Made by a program: the position numbers and the translations under genes. The notes under the pieces are model-generated. The model did no database searches and was not told the DNA's origin. It saw only the letters and a list, made by a program, of their open reading frames with translations. Positions 13,701-26,151 of a stretch of DNA of 64,000 nt are shown piece after piece (the first letter of the stretch is position 1; each line of letters starts with the position of its first letter). Source of the DNA: Octopus vulgaris (lineage: Eukaryota); the NCBI GenBank assembly GCA_951406725.2, contig OX597827.1, positions 47,244,001 to 47,308,000 of the forward strand, in the 5' to 3' direction.

Positions 13701-14955
13701 ACACGTTATTCAACTACCTTCCAAGCACTGCTGTGACCAGCGGAAGTTAGCTAGAATATTAAAACTTAGTGCGTATAAATAATAGCGCTCAAGGTCAATC
13801 TGTACCCAACGGCTTTACTCTGTGCACTTTAGCGTCGTTACTATGGCAATAGTCCGGATACTTATTGATCAGAGCTCGTGTATATATATGTTTATATTCT
13901 TTTATTCTTTTACTTGTTTCAGTCATGCTCACGTTTACTGGAATGGGTAGCATTGCTGGTCTGATGATTAAAAACAACCAATCACTCGAAATCCATGTCC
14001 GACACTTTGGGGATAATCAGAGGCTTGAAAACCAAAGAAAGGTTCGTTAATCTTGAAATAACGGCGTTGTTATTGTTTTATGCTGTTTCTAATGCAAAAC
14101 TTCAAATAGTGCATCCAAGAGGTCAATATCTGATGTGTTGTTCTATTTTAACGTGGTAGGAGGAGGTTAGAGAAAAATGTAGCTGTTGTTTCTAACTAGT
14201 CGAAGAAAGAACAGAAAATCCTTCCACACCGATACCGTCTTAATCAAAATGGGTTTGCTACTCAACACTGTGAGTCATACATACATACATACATACATAT
14301 ATCTATATATCAATACACACACATATGTATATATTTATACATAAGCAAATATATGCATACATGAATAGTTCCATCCATTCGTGGACACAACATACTTAAC
14401 TATATACATATACATATCCGTACATAGAGACGTATACACTTGCATACATGCATACATGCACATCCGTATAAAACGAGATGTTTTAAAATATTTGGTGTGA
14501 TTGTTATGGAATCAACGCCCCAAAAAAACAAGAACACAATACGTCTGTGAGACACTCTGATAGATATCCGGTACCATATCGAGTTGATTCTCAACTTATT
14601 GTTCCTGCAGAAATGTGTCAATATATTCACCAGATCTAGGATTTTCTTAAAGGAATTTAGATCATCTAACAAAGGTTATATCTGGAGCTTATGATGTGCA
14701 TCACGCAAATATATTTATATTCCGATAATCTTTACATTTTATCTGTGTAATTAGCTACTACGGTCGTCTTTCTGTCTGTCACACTCTCTCTTTCCCTGTC
14801 TTTCTTTCTCCCCCCTCCCTCTCTCTTGCTCACTCTTTATACATTTATATTCATATATCTAGATATATCTATCTATCCGTCTATCTATATACACGTACAT
14901 ATGTATATGTGTGTGTGTATACATATATATACACACACAAATATATATATACATA

Positions 14956-14991
<36 letters not shown>

Positions 14992-15021
14992 CACACACAC
15001 ATAAATATACATACACACATT

Positions 15022-15057
<36 letters not shown>

Positions 15058-15176
15058 TATGTATGTGTCGGTGATTGTGCGTCCGTTTCTATGTATTACA
15101 CTTACAAATATTATTCGCATACCGATTCTCACACTCACACACATAATTATAAACCTATAAAATTATATATATATAA

Positions 15177-17304
15177 TCTGCAAACAAATCTAAGTGTCGA
15201 ATCCCTAGAAATAGAAAATCTCTCATAAGGAAAATTAAAAGAATCAACAAAAAGATCAACATGCTGAAATACTGTCAACAGCAACACACCAACCTGACTG
15301 CCATCTCGTCGCTAGAGATTAAAAAAACATAAACTCCAAAACAACATGATGTCTATCATCAATAGTCAGCGAAGAGCTGGAGAGGCCTGGGCCATTGAGA
15401 AGATCAAACTCAATCCCAAAGTGTTCTTTTCATTTGCAAAAAAACACAGAGTCACTGGTTCTACTGTTGGCCCTCTGATTGATGAAAATGGTACTCTTCA
15501 AGACAATGCCAAAACCATGGGAGAGATATTGCAGAAACAATATTGCTCTGTTTTCAGCAATCCTGATATGACTGATCTGGGCTGTATCAGTGATGTTACT
15601 CCCCAATACACTTTATCGGACATAACATTTGGCGCTCCTGATGTCTTAGCAGCAATAAAGGAAATGAAGCATAATTCAGCAGTAGGTCCCGATAGGTTCC
15701 CTGCTTGTGTCTTGAAGATGTGTCAAAACCAACTTGCACCCCCTCTAGCCAATCTGTGGCGGAACTCACTGGATGCTGGATATATACCAGAGGACCTTCT
15801 ATCCCAGTCTGTTGTCCCAGTTTTCAAAAAAGGAAACAAATCGCTTGCCGTGAATTACCGTCCAATCTCACTCACCTCTCATATCATCAAGGTATTTGAG
15901 AGGGTGCTGAGATCGCGTATGACTCACTTCCTTGAGAGGCATAATATGCTGAACCCCAACCAGTATGGATTCCGTAATGGGAGAGATTGCCTGACGCAGC
16001 TACTGCATCATTTTGATGACATTTTGAGAGCCTTGGGAGAAGGTTCCAACACTGATGTCATCTACCTTGATTTCAGCAAGGCCTTTGACAGGGTTGATCA
16101 TAAGATCCTTCTGAGAAAGCTGTCCAATATTGGTGTCACTGGAAAGTTGCTGCAGTGGATCAAGTGCTTCCTGTCTAACAGAACCCAACATGTTGTAGTC
16201 GAAGGAGTCAAATCCAGCCCAGCCAAAGTCAGCAGTGGTGTCCCACAAGGCACTGTGTTGGGCCCACTTCTCTTCATCATCTACATAAATGATATTACTG
16301 ATACCATCAAACACAGTAACATCAGAACCTTCGCTGATGACTCCAAGCTCCAGAAGGTCATCAATGGCGTGGATGACCAAATAAACCTTCAGTCAGACCT
16401 ACTGGCTGTTGTCCAATGGGCGGAAAAGAATAACATGTTGCTAAATGAAGACAAATTTGAACTGATCCACTTTGGAAGGGAGGACGCTCTGAAACTCCCA
16501 TACTCTCTTTCTTCTGGAGAAATTCTCATGGCATCCAACAACATCAGAGACCTGGGAGTAACAGTGGACAACAACATAAGCTGGGCTACACATATAAGCA
16601 GCAAAGTTGACATGGCCCGCAGAATGTGTTCCTGGATTCTCAGAACCTTCCAGTCGAGAGATTCCCACGCTATTATCCTTCTCTTCTCCACTTTTGCCCG
16701 ACCCCACCTTGAATACTGCTGTCCACTGTGGTCTCCCTACACAAAACAAAATATTATGAGAATTGAAGCTCCCCAAAGGTCAATCACAAAAAAGATAGAT
16801 GGCATGTCAGACCTTGACTACTGGGGTAGACTAGAGAAGCTGAAATTGTATTCACTCCAACGACGCCGTGAACGCTACATTATCTGTATGATGTGGAAAA
16901 TATTCCACCAGCACTGTCCGAATGATGTTGGCATCACCTTCAAAATGCATCCAAGGCTTGGACCACGTGCCATCCGTCCACAACAAAAATCTAAATCGCA
17001 TCACATAACGACAATACGGCACAACTATTTCACCTCAATTGGACCTGCTCTCTTCAACATTACACCAGGGCACGTCAAAAAAGAAACTGACCACACAAAA
17101 TTCAAGAAGTCTTTGGACAAATTCCTTCAAACAGTACCGGACAAACCACCCACACCCGGATATGTCTCCGCAAACAATAACTCTCTGCTCGAATGGGCCT
17201 TGGTGCCCAAATCCTGAACTGAAAGACTTCACCAGGTGGTGCTATTAAGTTAGACATGGCCTGGGCCAATACTGGCCAAAACCTTTCTAAGTTATTCTAA
17301 GTTA
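15177..17304 (+). mobile_element. 5'-truncated CR1-group LINE inserted in (TA)n
   Basis: Contains the RT ORF; short 3' UTR ending in tandem (TTCTAAGTTA)x2 and then (TA)n; no endonuclease domain present. Confidence 0.9.
15346..17217 (+). CDS. Non-LTR retrotransposon ORF2 reverse transcriptase (CR1/L2 group), 623 aa, endonuclease missing
   Basis: GPD, NYRPISLTS, QYGFR, YLDFSKAFDRVDH, SGVPQGTVLGPLLFIIYIND, FADD, RDLGV, RPHLEYC..W.P and LYSLQRRRER motifs. Confidence 0.93.
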   Translation: MMSIINSQRRAGEAWAIEKIKLNPKVFFSFAKKHRVTGSTVGPLIDENGTLQDNAKTMGEILQKQYCSVFSNPDMTDLGCISDVTPQYTLSDITFGAPDVLAAIKEMKHNSAVGPDRFPACVLKMCQNQLAPPLANLWRNSLDAGYIPEDLLSQSVVPVFKKGNKSLAVNYRPISLTSHIIKVFERVLRSRMTHFLERHNMLNPNQYGFRNGRDCLTQLLHHFDDILRALGEGSNTDVIYLDFSKAFDRVDHKILLRKLSNIGVTGKLLQWIKCFLSNRTQHVVVEGVKSSPAKVSSGVPQGTVLGPLLFIIYINDITDTIKHSNIRTFADDSKLQKVINGVDDQINLQSDLLAVVQWAEKNNMLLNEDKFELIHFGREDALKLPYSLSSGEILMASNNIRDLGVTVDNNISWATHISSKVDMARRMCSWILRTFQSRDSHAIILLFSTFARPHLEYCCPLWSPYTKQNIMRIEAPQRSITKKIDGMSDLDYWGRLEKLKLYSLQRRRERYIICMMWKIFHQHCPNDVGITFKMHPRLGPRAIRPQQKSKSHHITTIRHNYFTSIGPALFNITPGHVKKETDHTKFKKSLDKFLQTVPDKPPTPGYVSANNNSLLEWALVPKS

Positions 17305-17611
17305 TATATATATATATATATATATACATACGAGACTTATCTATGCGTGTCAACTGAACCGACCTCTGTACTTAAACGATAATTTCTTAATATTCTTCTT
17401 GAAAGGCTACAAGGCAGGTTTGACTCTGGCAACATTTGAACTCAGAACGTAAAGAACAGGAAGAAATTCTGTTGAGCTTTTTGTTTGACGCGCCAAAGTG
17501 TGTAGGATCTGGCCGCTTTAATAGATATCGTATAATTAAACGATATTATAGATCTTACTATATGGATACATATATATCACAGAAAATTCTATAGTCGATT
17601 GGTAGTATATA

Positions 17612-17900
17612 GCCCATCCATCCATCCTGCCTTATTTCCTTCCTTCCTTCCTTCCTTCCTCCCTTCTATCCATCCATCCTTCCTTCCTTCCTTCGTTCCT
17701 TCCTACGTTCCTTCTTTCCATCCTTCCTTTGTTCTACCCTTCCTTCATTCCTTCCTTCCATCCTCCCTCCCTCCCTCCCTTCCTCCCTTCCTTCCTTCCT
17801 TCCTTCCTTCCTTCCTTCCTTCCTTCCTTCCTTCCTTCCTTCCTTCCTTCCTTCCTTCCTTTCTTCCTTCCCTCTCTCCTTCCTTCCTTCCTTCCTTCTC
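17612..17900. repeat. (TTCC)n polypyrimidine microsatellite
   Basis: Direct reading. Confidence 0.95.
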
Positions 17901-17909
17901 CAACCATTA

Positions 17910-18250
17910 ATCCTGAGACGGTCGTGGCGTAGACATTAGGTATATTCTCCATAGCGTCGTATTTGAAATAACCGTAATTAGACTTTCCGGCTGGATTCCC
18001 AAGCGTGTATCAAATGAGATTATGGATATCGTCCAACCATCTTGTTCTTGGTCCAATCCTTGGTCTCCTGCCACTAGGCTCGGAGCTTCAATAATCCGCC
18101 TTACGATTCTTTTCTGTAACATTCTAATCGTATATCCGTAGCACCGGACCTGTTAACTCTCAATGCGCAGAAGTAGCGGCTCAAGCTGGATAGACTCCTT
18201 AATCTCCGAGCTTCGAACCCTGTCGAGTAATGTTGTATTGGTGATCCTAC
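17910..18250 (-). pseudogene. RTE-type LINE 3' end remnant
   Basis: Minus strand TLLDRVRSSEIKESIQLEPLLLRIES*QVRCYGYTIRM...RIVRRIIEA, then a degenerate GRPRTRW-like segment. Confidence 0.6.
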
Positions 18251-18582
18251 TCATTCAGTCATCAATCATCATTCATGACGATAGGTGACGATAGTCACAA
18301 AAACCAAAAGGATAGCAGAATAGACATCAGTATAAACGATAAATGTTAAAAATAATTATTTAACTTCAGACGCAATTATTTATATTATAAACAAAAGATC
18401 TGACAGACAAATGTAAAGAGAAGTTGTCATGACAAATTCATTAACTTGGCTAAATATCGTATAAATAAGATGTTAACAATTTTATTGAGAAATGTTAACA
18501 GGAATGTTAACACACCAAGTTCAAAAGTGAGTATGTCTCAACAGAAATAGAATAAAATATTAATATAACATAAAATGTTTGC

Positions 18583-18888
18583 CACAGAAAGGATGAAAGG
18601 CAAAGTCGATCTCGGCGGAATAGCAACTCAGAACGTAGCAACAGGCGAAATACCCATTTCTTTATTACCCACAAGGGGCTAAACATAGAGGGGACAAACA
18701 AGGACAGACATAAGTATTAAGTCGATTACATCGACTCCAGTGCGTAACTGGTACTTAATTTATCGACTCCGAAAGGATGAAAAGCAAAGTCAACCTCGGT
18801 GGAATTTGAACTCACAATGTAACGTCAGACGAAATACGGTTACGCATTTCGCCCGGCGTGCTAACGTTTCTGCCAGCTCGTCGCCTTA
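18583..18888 (-). mobile_element. SINE family A, full copy plus partial second unit
   Basis: Core AAAGTCxAxCTCGGxGGAAT occurs twice. Confidence 0.8.
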
Positions 18889-19049
18889 AATCAGATATTA
18901 TAATATAATATGGGAGAATATTACCTGATAAAGCCCTCGCCGCTCCAAGAATACACTCTTCGTTTGTTGTTTGTCTATATTTCAGTTCTTTCCTTTCTCA
19001 AAACAATTACCGAAATGGGTCTGTAAATTTCCTAATTATTGTTTTGTTC

Positions 19050-19478
19050 TTCTGATTCTTTCACTCGTTAGACTGTGGCCATGCTGGGGCACCACCTTAA
19101 GGAATCTTAGCTGAATAAATCAGCCCCAATACATTCTTTTTATCTTATATATCTGGTACTTATTCTATCGATATCTTTAGACAAACTGCTAATTTATGGG
19201 GATATAAACACACCAGCCCTGGTTGTCAAGCGGCAGTGGGGGGGGGATAAACACAGACACAAAGACACACAAACACACAGATATAGATATACATATATAC
19301 CTATACATATATGTATATATACATGACGAGCTTATTTCAGTTTCCCTTTACCATATCCACTCACAAGCTTTTGGTCGGCTCGAAGCTATAGTAGAAGACA
19401 CTTGCCTAAGGTGCTACGCAGTTGGATTAAACCCTGAACTATGTGGTTGTGAAGCAAGCTTCTTACCACACAGCCACT
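19050..19478. mobile_element. Adjacent dispersed repeats: family E (GACTGTGGCCATGCTGG...) and SINE family D (minus strand)
   Basis: E homologs at about 27205, 30684 and 34590; D homologs at 31367, 35447, 35815 and 53530. Confidence 0.7.
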
Positions 19479-19774
19479 CAAACTTATTTGTCTTTCATTT
19501 TATAAATAATATCTTGCTGTTACTAAATTCCCAAACATGCGGAAAACGAGAAAAAGCAGGCCCAAAAAGTTCCTAGTTTAAAAGCAAACAATATAAGAAA
19601 CTAATGCAGCAGATATACATAAACGGAAAATTTTACATTTTCTCCGTAGATTGAAAAAATAATGAACAGCCTTGATCGATTTTCGAAATTTATTGTGTTC
19701 GCATCAGTGTGTCTACATATACAGATACATACATACATACATGCATACATACATATACATATATATACATACAT

Positions 19775-19860
<86 letters not shown>

Positions 19861-20084
19861 AAATATATATATATTTATATATATTACATAACATTGTTAC
19901 TAGCACCAGGAAATCAATATTAGAAAATTCTTCAGAAAGATATATACATGTGTAGCATAAATGTTGTATTAAAACTATAAAAATATAGAAATATAGAAAT
20001 ATATGTAAATATGTATAAGTATAAATATATAATAATAAATATGACAGTTTAAAAGATTCGAGTTTCGAATTAAGTTTTTAAAGC

Positions 20085-20174
20085 ATCTTACGATCGTTTC
20101 GCAGAAGTGCTATCCCTATAAAGTAATCCCTTATTGATAAGCGTTTATAGACAACTCTTCTGCTCTTCAGAGAT
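20085..20174 (-). ncRNA. Minimal type I hammerhead ribozyme, canonical core
   Basis: atct-CTGAAGA-gcagaag...cttctgc-GAAAC-gatc-GTA-agat: helix I atct/agat, 7-bp helix II, 2-bp helix III with palindromic loop GATC, GUA cleavage triplet. Confidence 0.85.
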
Positions 20175-20267
20175 ATAAATGTGAAACTTGCATAATTTAT
20201 CAAATTGTAGCTTTTTAAAAAATATGAAGTAATATGGGAAAAGGGTGTTTGTTTTAAATTTATATTT

Positions 20268-20318
<51 letters not shown>

Positions 20319-20321
<3 letters not shown>

Positions 20322-21364
20322 GAAAGAAGGTTTGAAAATGCAATTTAAAAGATGTTTATTTACTTAACCGGTTTCACGCGCACGGGCGGGCACGCATATA
20401 TACACACACTATCCTACCCCAAAAAATTCTTTAAACAACACACATCTATTTTCGCCACCCTGGAACCATTCAAAAACAGCCCCCCACACACGCAGACGCT
20501 TGTATACGTGTGTGTGCACTCACCTCCATACAGGCACATATATACACACGCAGCACCATGTCAAATGCCATCCACACTCATGCATGCGTACACACGCACG
20601 CACACACGCACACACGCACGCGCACACACGCACGCGCACACACACGCACACACAACACCATGACAACCACACACACTTGACAAACAGACGCCATCTGACC
20701 AAATACTACAGACACACAGACACATCTATTCACACACACGCAGAGAGACACACATATTCACCTCATCCTAACCCCAAAATCATTGATGCTTGAAGGAAAG
20801 CCAAAAACAGAAAAAACGGGTACATCTTTCTCAATTCTACATTCTGCTAAAACAGACAGGTCAGTAAACAAGCTCGCCTTGAATTCATAATATTCTGTAC
20901 TGACCCTGAGATGTATAATATATTTATTTTAATCTTTTCTGCCCATTTTTCAAATATTCTCATCATACTGTTGTACTTTCTTATGTCCTTAACATGTCCT
21001 TGTTACCAAAGACTGTATATATACATGTAATGTGGCAATTTGCAACAACCAATAATTAACGCAACCAAACTTCCAATAATATATTTGTTTTATTCTTTTC
21101 TGCGCATTTTTTCAAATATTCTCATCACATTGTTGTACATCTTTATGTCCTTAACATGTCCCTGTTACCAAAGACTGTATATATACATGTAATGTGGCAA
21201 TTATGTAAAAAACGTTTTTGAATTCATAATATTCTATGTTACTTTTGACAATCTTTTTCCAAAGAGTGAAACCGGTTAAGTAAATAAACATCTTTTAAAT
21301 TGCATTTTCTAACCTTCTTTCGTATATAATTCCACTCGTGCGATACCCCACAACTCAACTTTGT

Positions 21365-21365
<1 letters not shown>
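20319..21365 (+). mobile_element. Penelope-like element remnant with inverted terminal duplication and internal direct repeat
   Basis: 20319-20377 is the reverse complement of 21266-21324; direct repeat about 20920-21040 / 21080-21202; HHR at 21239; weak GIY-YIG-like peptide at 20670-20830; flanked by (TA)n. Confidence 0.6.
21239..21283 (+). ncRNA. Minimal hammerhead ribozyme, U3-A8 core variant
   Basis: ttactt-TTGACAA-tcttt ttcc aaaga gt-GAAAC-cg-GTT-aagtaa; 6-bp helix I. Confidence 0.6.
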
Positions 21366-21404
<39 letters not shown>

Positions 21405-21726
21405 ATATATATATATCATCAGTATATGATTTAACGTATTAAACACAATTCAACAAGTTTATTCATATTTATGTAATGCAGGAAATTAGATGTTAAAATG
21501 GATTATAGCTATTATTATTAATGTTGCTATAAAATTTGTTTCATAAAAACAGACTCAGATATTCATAATAGAAAATCGGAACGGTCAAATTTGTACTCGT
21601 CGGCAGCTGGGAAAGAAAACTAAAAAAAGACGTTAGAAGTACATAAATTTTTTCTTAGTAATCATATTGTATTAATGTGTTCGTTCTTGGACTCATGCCT
21701 ATTTTAAACAAGACTAAAATCTATAT

Positions 21727-22065
21727 TGCAGCGTGAAAGGTGTTTATAAGCCATTTAAGAAACACACAAAACCGTTAGATTCACTTCAACATTTAAATTT
21801 AATTTGTCAAAATATTTTCGCCGCTTTGAGACCGCGACCTGTTCACAGACAAAACTTCGTACTGCATCTCATGAAGTTTTGTCAGTGACCAGGTCGCGGT
21901 CTCAAAGTGACGAAAATATTTTGACAAATTAAATTTAAATGTTGAAGTGAATCTAACGGTTTTGTGTTTTTCTTAAATGGCTTATAAACACCTTCCACGC
22001 TGCAATTATTTTCGTTCCAGCACACGATCTCAGATCAAGTCAATCGCTATGCAAGTACATCTCCG
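21727..22065. mobile_element. Fold-back (palindromic) element with 12-bp target-site duplication; two HHR-like motifs
   Basis: Arms 21725-21858 / 21873-22006; TAAAATCTATAT at 21715-21726 and 22066-22077; related copy at 50196-50445. Confidence 0.85.
21878..21928 (+). ncRNA. Hammerhead-like motif, G3-C8 core variant (mirror copy at 21803-21853, minus strand)
   Basis: tttgtca-GTGACCA-g gtcgc ggtctcaaa gtgac-GAAAA-ta-TTT-tgacaaa; 7-bp helix I. Confidence 0.55.
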
Positions 22066-23406
22066 TAAAATCTATATAATTGGGTGCTAATATATAATAT
22101 TAAAAAACTGATATTCTCTGTATGAATTTCTATATGTGTGTTTATTTAAAACTCCGTAAAAGAATTATAGCAACTGGCCAGGCTGTATTTGTATTTACGA
22201 TGAGGAATCCAAATAAGGAAGTGAAAGAATTCTCAAATACAAATTTAGTTTTTACTTAACCGCCAATTATCCTTTCAACTTAAGAAATTATTAGAAAAAT
22301 GTTTAATAGTATTCAATAATAATTTCAGGTTTATAAAATTTATAATTTAAGTATAAATAATAGGACTACTATTCATAGATAACAATAAGTGTTATATGTC
22401 TTAATTATTTAGTAACAGTATAGGAAAGTTTTTAAGAAAATTTAGGAATATATATACATGCACACAGACAAACACACTCACACACATATACATATATATA
22501 TATATGTTCTTCGATTCACCAATACGCACGCATACGACGCACTCACCGATAACCAACCATGTACATACACACACGTAATTTCTTGTAACCTTGACATTTT
22601 CTACAGAGATTTCCTACATACATGTATCGCATGAGTGTATGCCTGTGTATATGAATGCATGTATATGTGTGTGATTATATTACAAGACAACTGAAGGAAG
22701 CATTACTTTAAATAAAACACCCACGCAAAGCTTTCAGACGCTGAAGTTTCTCTCAACCGATCACAGCAATCGCAAAATCTTCAACAATGAAAATATGCGT
22801 CCGGTAATTCATCGTAGAAAATTGAAAAAAGCAGGTGACATCGGTACGGCACAATAAGCATTTTCTATCAAAACATGGACGTCTAGTTACATTTAGTTCT
22901 TTTAAATTGTTCATGTATTTAGTAGCTGAACAATAGGTGTTCTTGTTGAGATATCTATACATAGATAAGCATCTGTGCATATACATACTCGCTAACAAAC
23001 ATTCACTCAAACATGTATGTATATTAACTTTATTCATGCATCTGAAAGCGTAGTTTTTTTTGTCATTGTCAGTAGTCTTATCTCTACAAACAGTGTTCGC
23101 TTTTTGCAGATTTTTGGATAGCCTGGAACACCAATTATTTGGCTGCAGGAAGAATGAGAAAGAGTGTTATTACCGAGAAAAAAAAAGTAAGATTTACTTT
23201 GCTAGGATGCGCAATTCGAGCGACTTACGTCACTTACACGTAAATTTCAGCATAGCATTCGTTCCGTGTGAGCGTATATATATATATATATATATGATTT
23301 TGATTTTGATTTTTCCAGTTTCAGCTAATGAGCTGTGGCCATGTTGGGGCACCGCCATTTATTTACATATTTATTTACATTTATTTACATATCTGTGTGT
23401 TTCTGT

Positions 23407-23437
<31 letters not shown>

Positions 23438-24327
23438 CATAGATATATACCTAGATATACATAGGTAGATGAATATACATATATACGCACACACATACAT
23501 ATATACTTACATATACATTTGTATATATATTTGTATATATATATATATATATATATGCTGCATGTTATGATTTCTTTCTCCTTCCCCCTCTCTTTATCTA
23601 TCTATATCAATATATGTGTGTGTATAAATATATAGATAAATATATAGATATATCAATGTATGTGTGTGTATAAATATATAGATATATATAATTTCTGTAT
23701 ATATTATATGTGTACATGTATATATACATGTAGTATGTATACATGCGAACAACACACACAGCAACACCACACACGCACTCACGCATACATACATATACAA
23801 GTATATATATTACAGATATCCATTACCGCATTCTTATAAAAAGACAGTATTGGAATGATGAAATCTTTTATTAGATCTAGTTTCTAATGGCTAGACATAT
23901 CATTTAAATTTTGGTTAAGCATTAAAGAGGTTGTTAGGAAAATACAAAATAAAACCGTATGACTTAACAAAATAGCACGAAATAAAATAAATAAACCTAT
24001 TTAGGTAAAAACTCTACTTGACACACTACAGGCGTTTACTAAACTTTACACATGAAATGTTGTTATCTTACTATTCACCAACTTAACGCTAAATCTATCT
24101 CTCTTCTTCTCGCCCGTTTTCTTCGCGATTGAAATGATTCTGGTGAAAAAACTTCAGGACGTAAGTAGCAAATCATGTTGATAAAATTAGTGATTCTTTT
24201 GTAATGTTTCCTGTGCAATATTAAAACAAGTTTATATTCTAAACCGTTTGACATTTCGCAAAAACCCATTAACTAGTTGTTTTCGGTTTCTAACACATAT
24301 AAGTGTCTATGCCTGTTTGTCTTTGTG

Positions 24328-24416
24328 TATGTGTGTGTGTGTGTGTGTTGTGTGTGTGTGGGCGTGCGTGTGTGTGTGCGTGTGTGTGTGTGTGTGTATG
24401 CGTGCGTGTGTTTGTA

Positions 24417-24447
<31 letters not shown>

Positions 24448-24470
24448 GTGTTTGTGTGTGTGCGTGTGTA
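24328..24470. repeat. (GT)n/(GCGT)n microsatellite
   Basis: Direct reading. Confidence 0.95.
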
Positions 24471-25569
24471 TGCCCGAGTATAATTACTTCTGGTGAATTT
24501 GACAGAATGTACAGAAGCTAAAATGTCCTTTTATTAATGAGATAAACTGTAAGATTTCCTTGTGTTAATCTGGCTGGTAATTTAGCGTAATGTGTTTAAC
24601 TTCACGAATGGTGACAAGACATATGTGTGTGTGTCTGTGTGTGTGTTTATATATAGGGTGTAAGATAAAAGAGATAGAGGAAACTAGAAATAAGAAATAT
24701 AGAGAAATGATCGAAAAACGAAGATAAGGTGGAAGTGATTCATGTACACATACATGTGATATACGTACGTACGTACGTAAATATATCTATATGTATATAC
24801 ACACACATAAATATACATTATCATACATGATATATATAAGTGTTTATTATATTAGTATGGTCTTATCAACACCTATCTCATCTCCTAAGTATGATTGTAT
24901 CTATCTCATTTCCTATGCACTTTTGCTTCGTCCTACTATCTGCCTGTCTCGCTTTCTATCTGTTTTGTCAGTATATTCCGTATAGCATCCAACACTTGAA
25001 AGTATTCTCCACGATGAAAGAAACCCAACGTGTTTTGTATATGTTTTCTATCAACAATATTGTGGCTAGCAATTTCTAGGTCTGAATATGCAACAATAAC
25101 TACCATATATACAAGGGAGGTAATTCTCTACATCATCTACTTATCTGCGCCGCTGATGATAATTGTATAGCTTGACCATGGCTCCAGGAGCATTGTGGTT
25201 GTAGTTATAAACTACATTCACTGCTTTGAACAAAAAGGAGTGGCTGTGTGGTAAGTAGCTTGCGTCCGTGTGATTTAAGAACATACATGGTTAAGTACAA
25301 ACTCTTATGAATACTATAGTTATTGCCGGAGCCGTTATCTTCTCACTCATTTTAAGTCTTGGCAATAGTCTTTGCTTTCATGATGAAACTGATTTTCTAC
25401 ATTATTTTAAATTTTACTAATTGTTAGTAAAATTTATATTTATATAAATTTGTAGAGAAATAACTTCGATTAACGTACAAGTGTGTGTATATAGCATTTA
25501 CGAGCGTACGAAATGTGGAACAATACTAATTGTGATATTTTGTGTCGGAGAAAGATTAAGAAAAAAAAT

Positions 25570-26151
25570 TGTCTATTAAAAATTCAAGGCTTTTTTTACT
25601 CCCCTCATTGACTAATAACTCAGGTGTTTTGATTCAAGCTGAAAATGCAAGTCCTGATATAGAATTTCGAGAACAACACAGCAACTGATTTGTGCGAAAG
25701 GTTGCCATGCTGGATATAAATTAGCATAAATAGTTGAAACAACCTCAGATTAAAATGTGTATATAACATTTAAAATGTGAATACGTACATGGAACATATG
25801 AATACAAACATGTTTCTCTCAGAGAAACATCTCAAAGAGATTTTTGTGCCTTAAAACGCAAAGTTTCGCTCAGAACCCTGGCTGATCAGCATACACCACC
25901 AATGGTTCAGCATATACCACTAAGGGATCCACCGGCGTTCTTTGTAGAGCCCTTTCTTTCTAACACACGAGTCTCTGTCAAAATATCAGCGCTTGTGTCG
26001 TTCTAAGTTTGTATTTTCATTATAGATACCATGTCTATTAAAAATTCAAGGCTTTTTTTACTCCCCTCATTGACTAATAACTCAGGTGTTTTGATTCAAG
26101 CTGAAAATGCAAGTCCTGATATAGAATTTCGAGAACAACACAGCAACTGAT
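25570..26151. repeat. 120-bp exact dispersed direct duplication (25570-25689 and 26032-26151)
   Basis: Base-by-base identical as read; second copy flanked by a GATACCATGT repeat. Confidence 0.9.

Noticed and set aside
16000-16776. Antisense ORFs within the LINE
   Set aside because: Shadow frames of the RT ORF.
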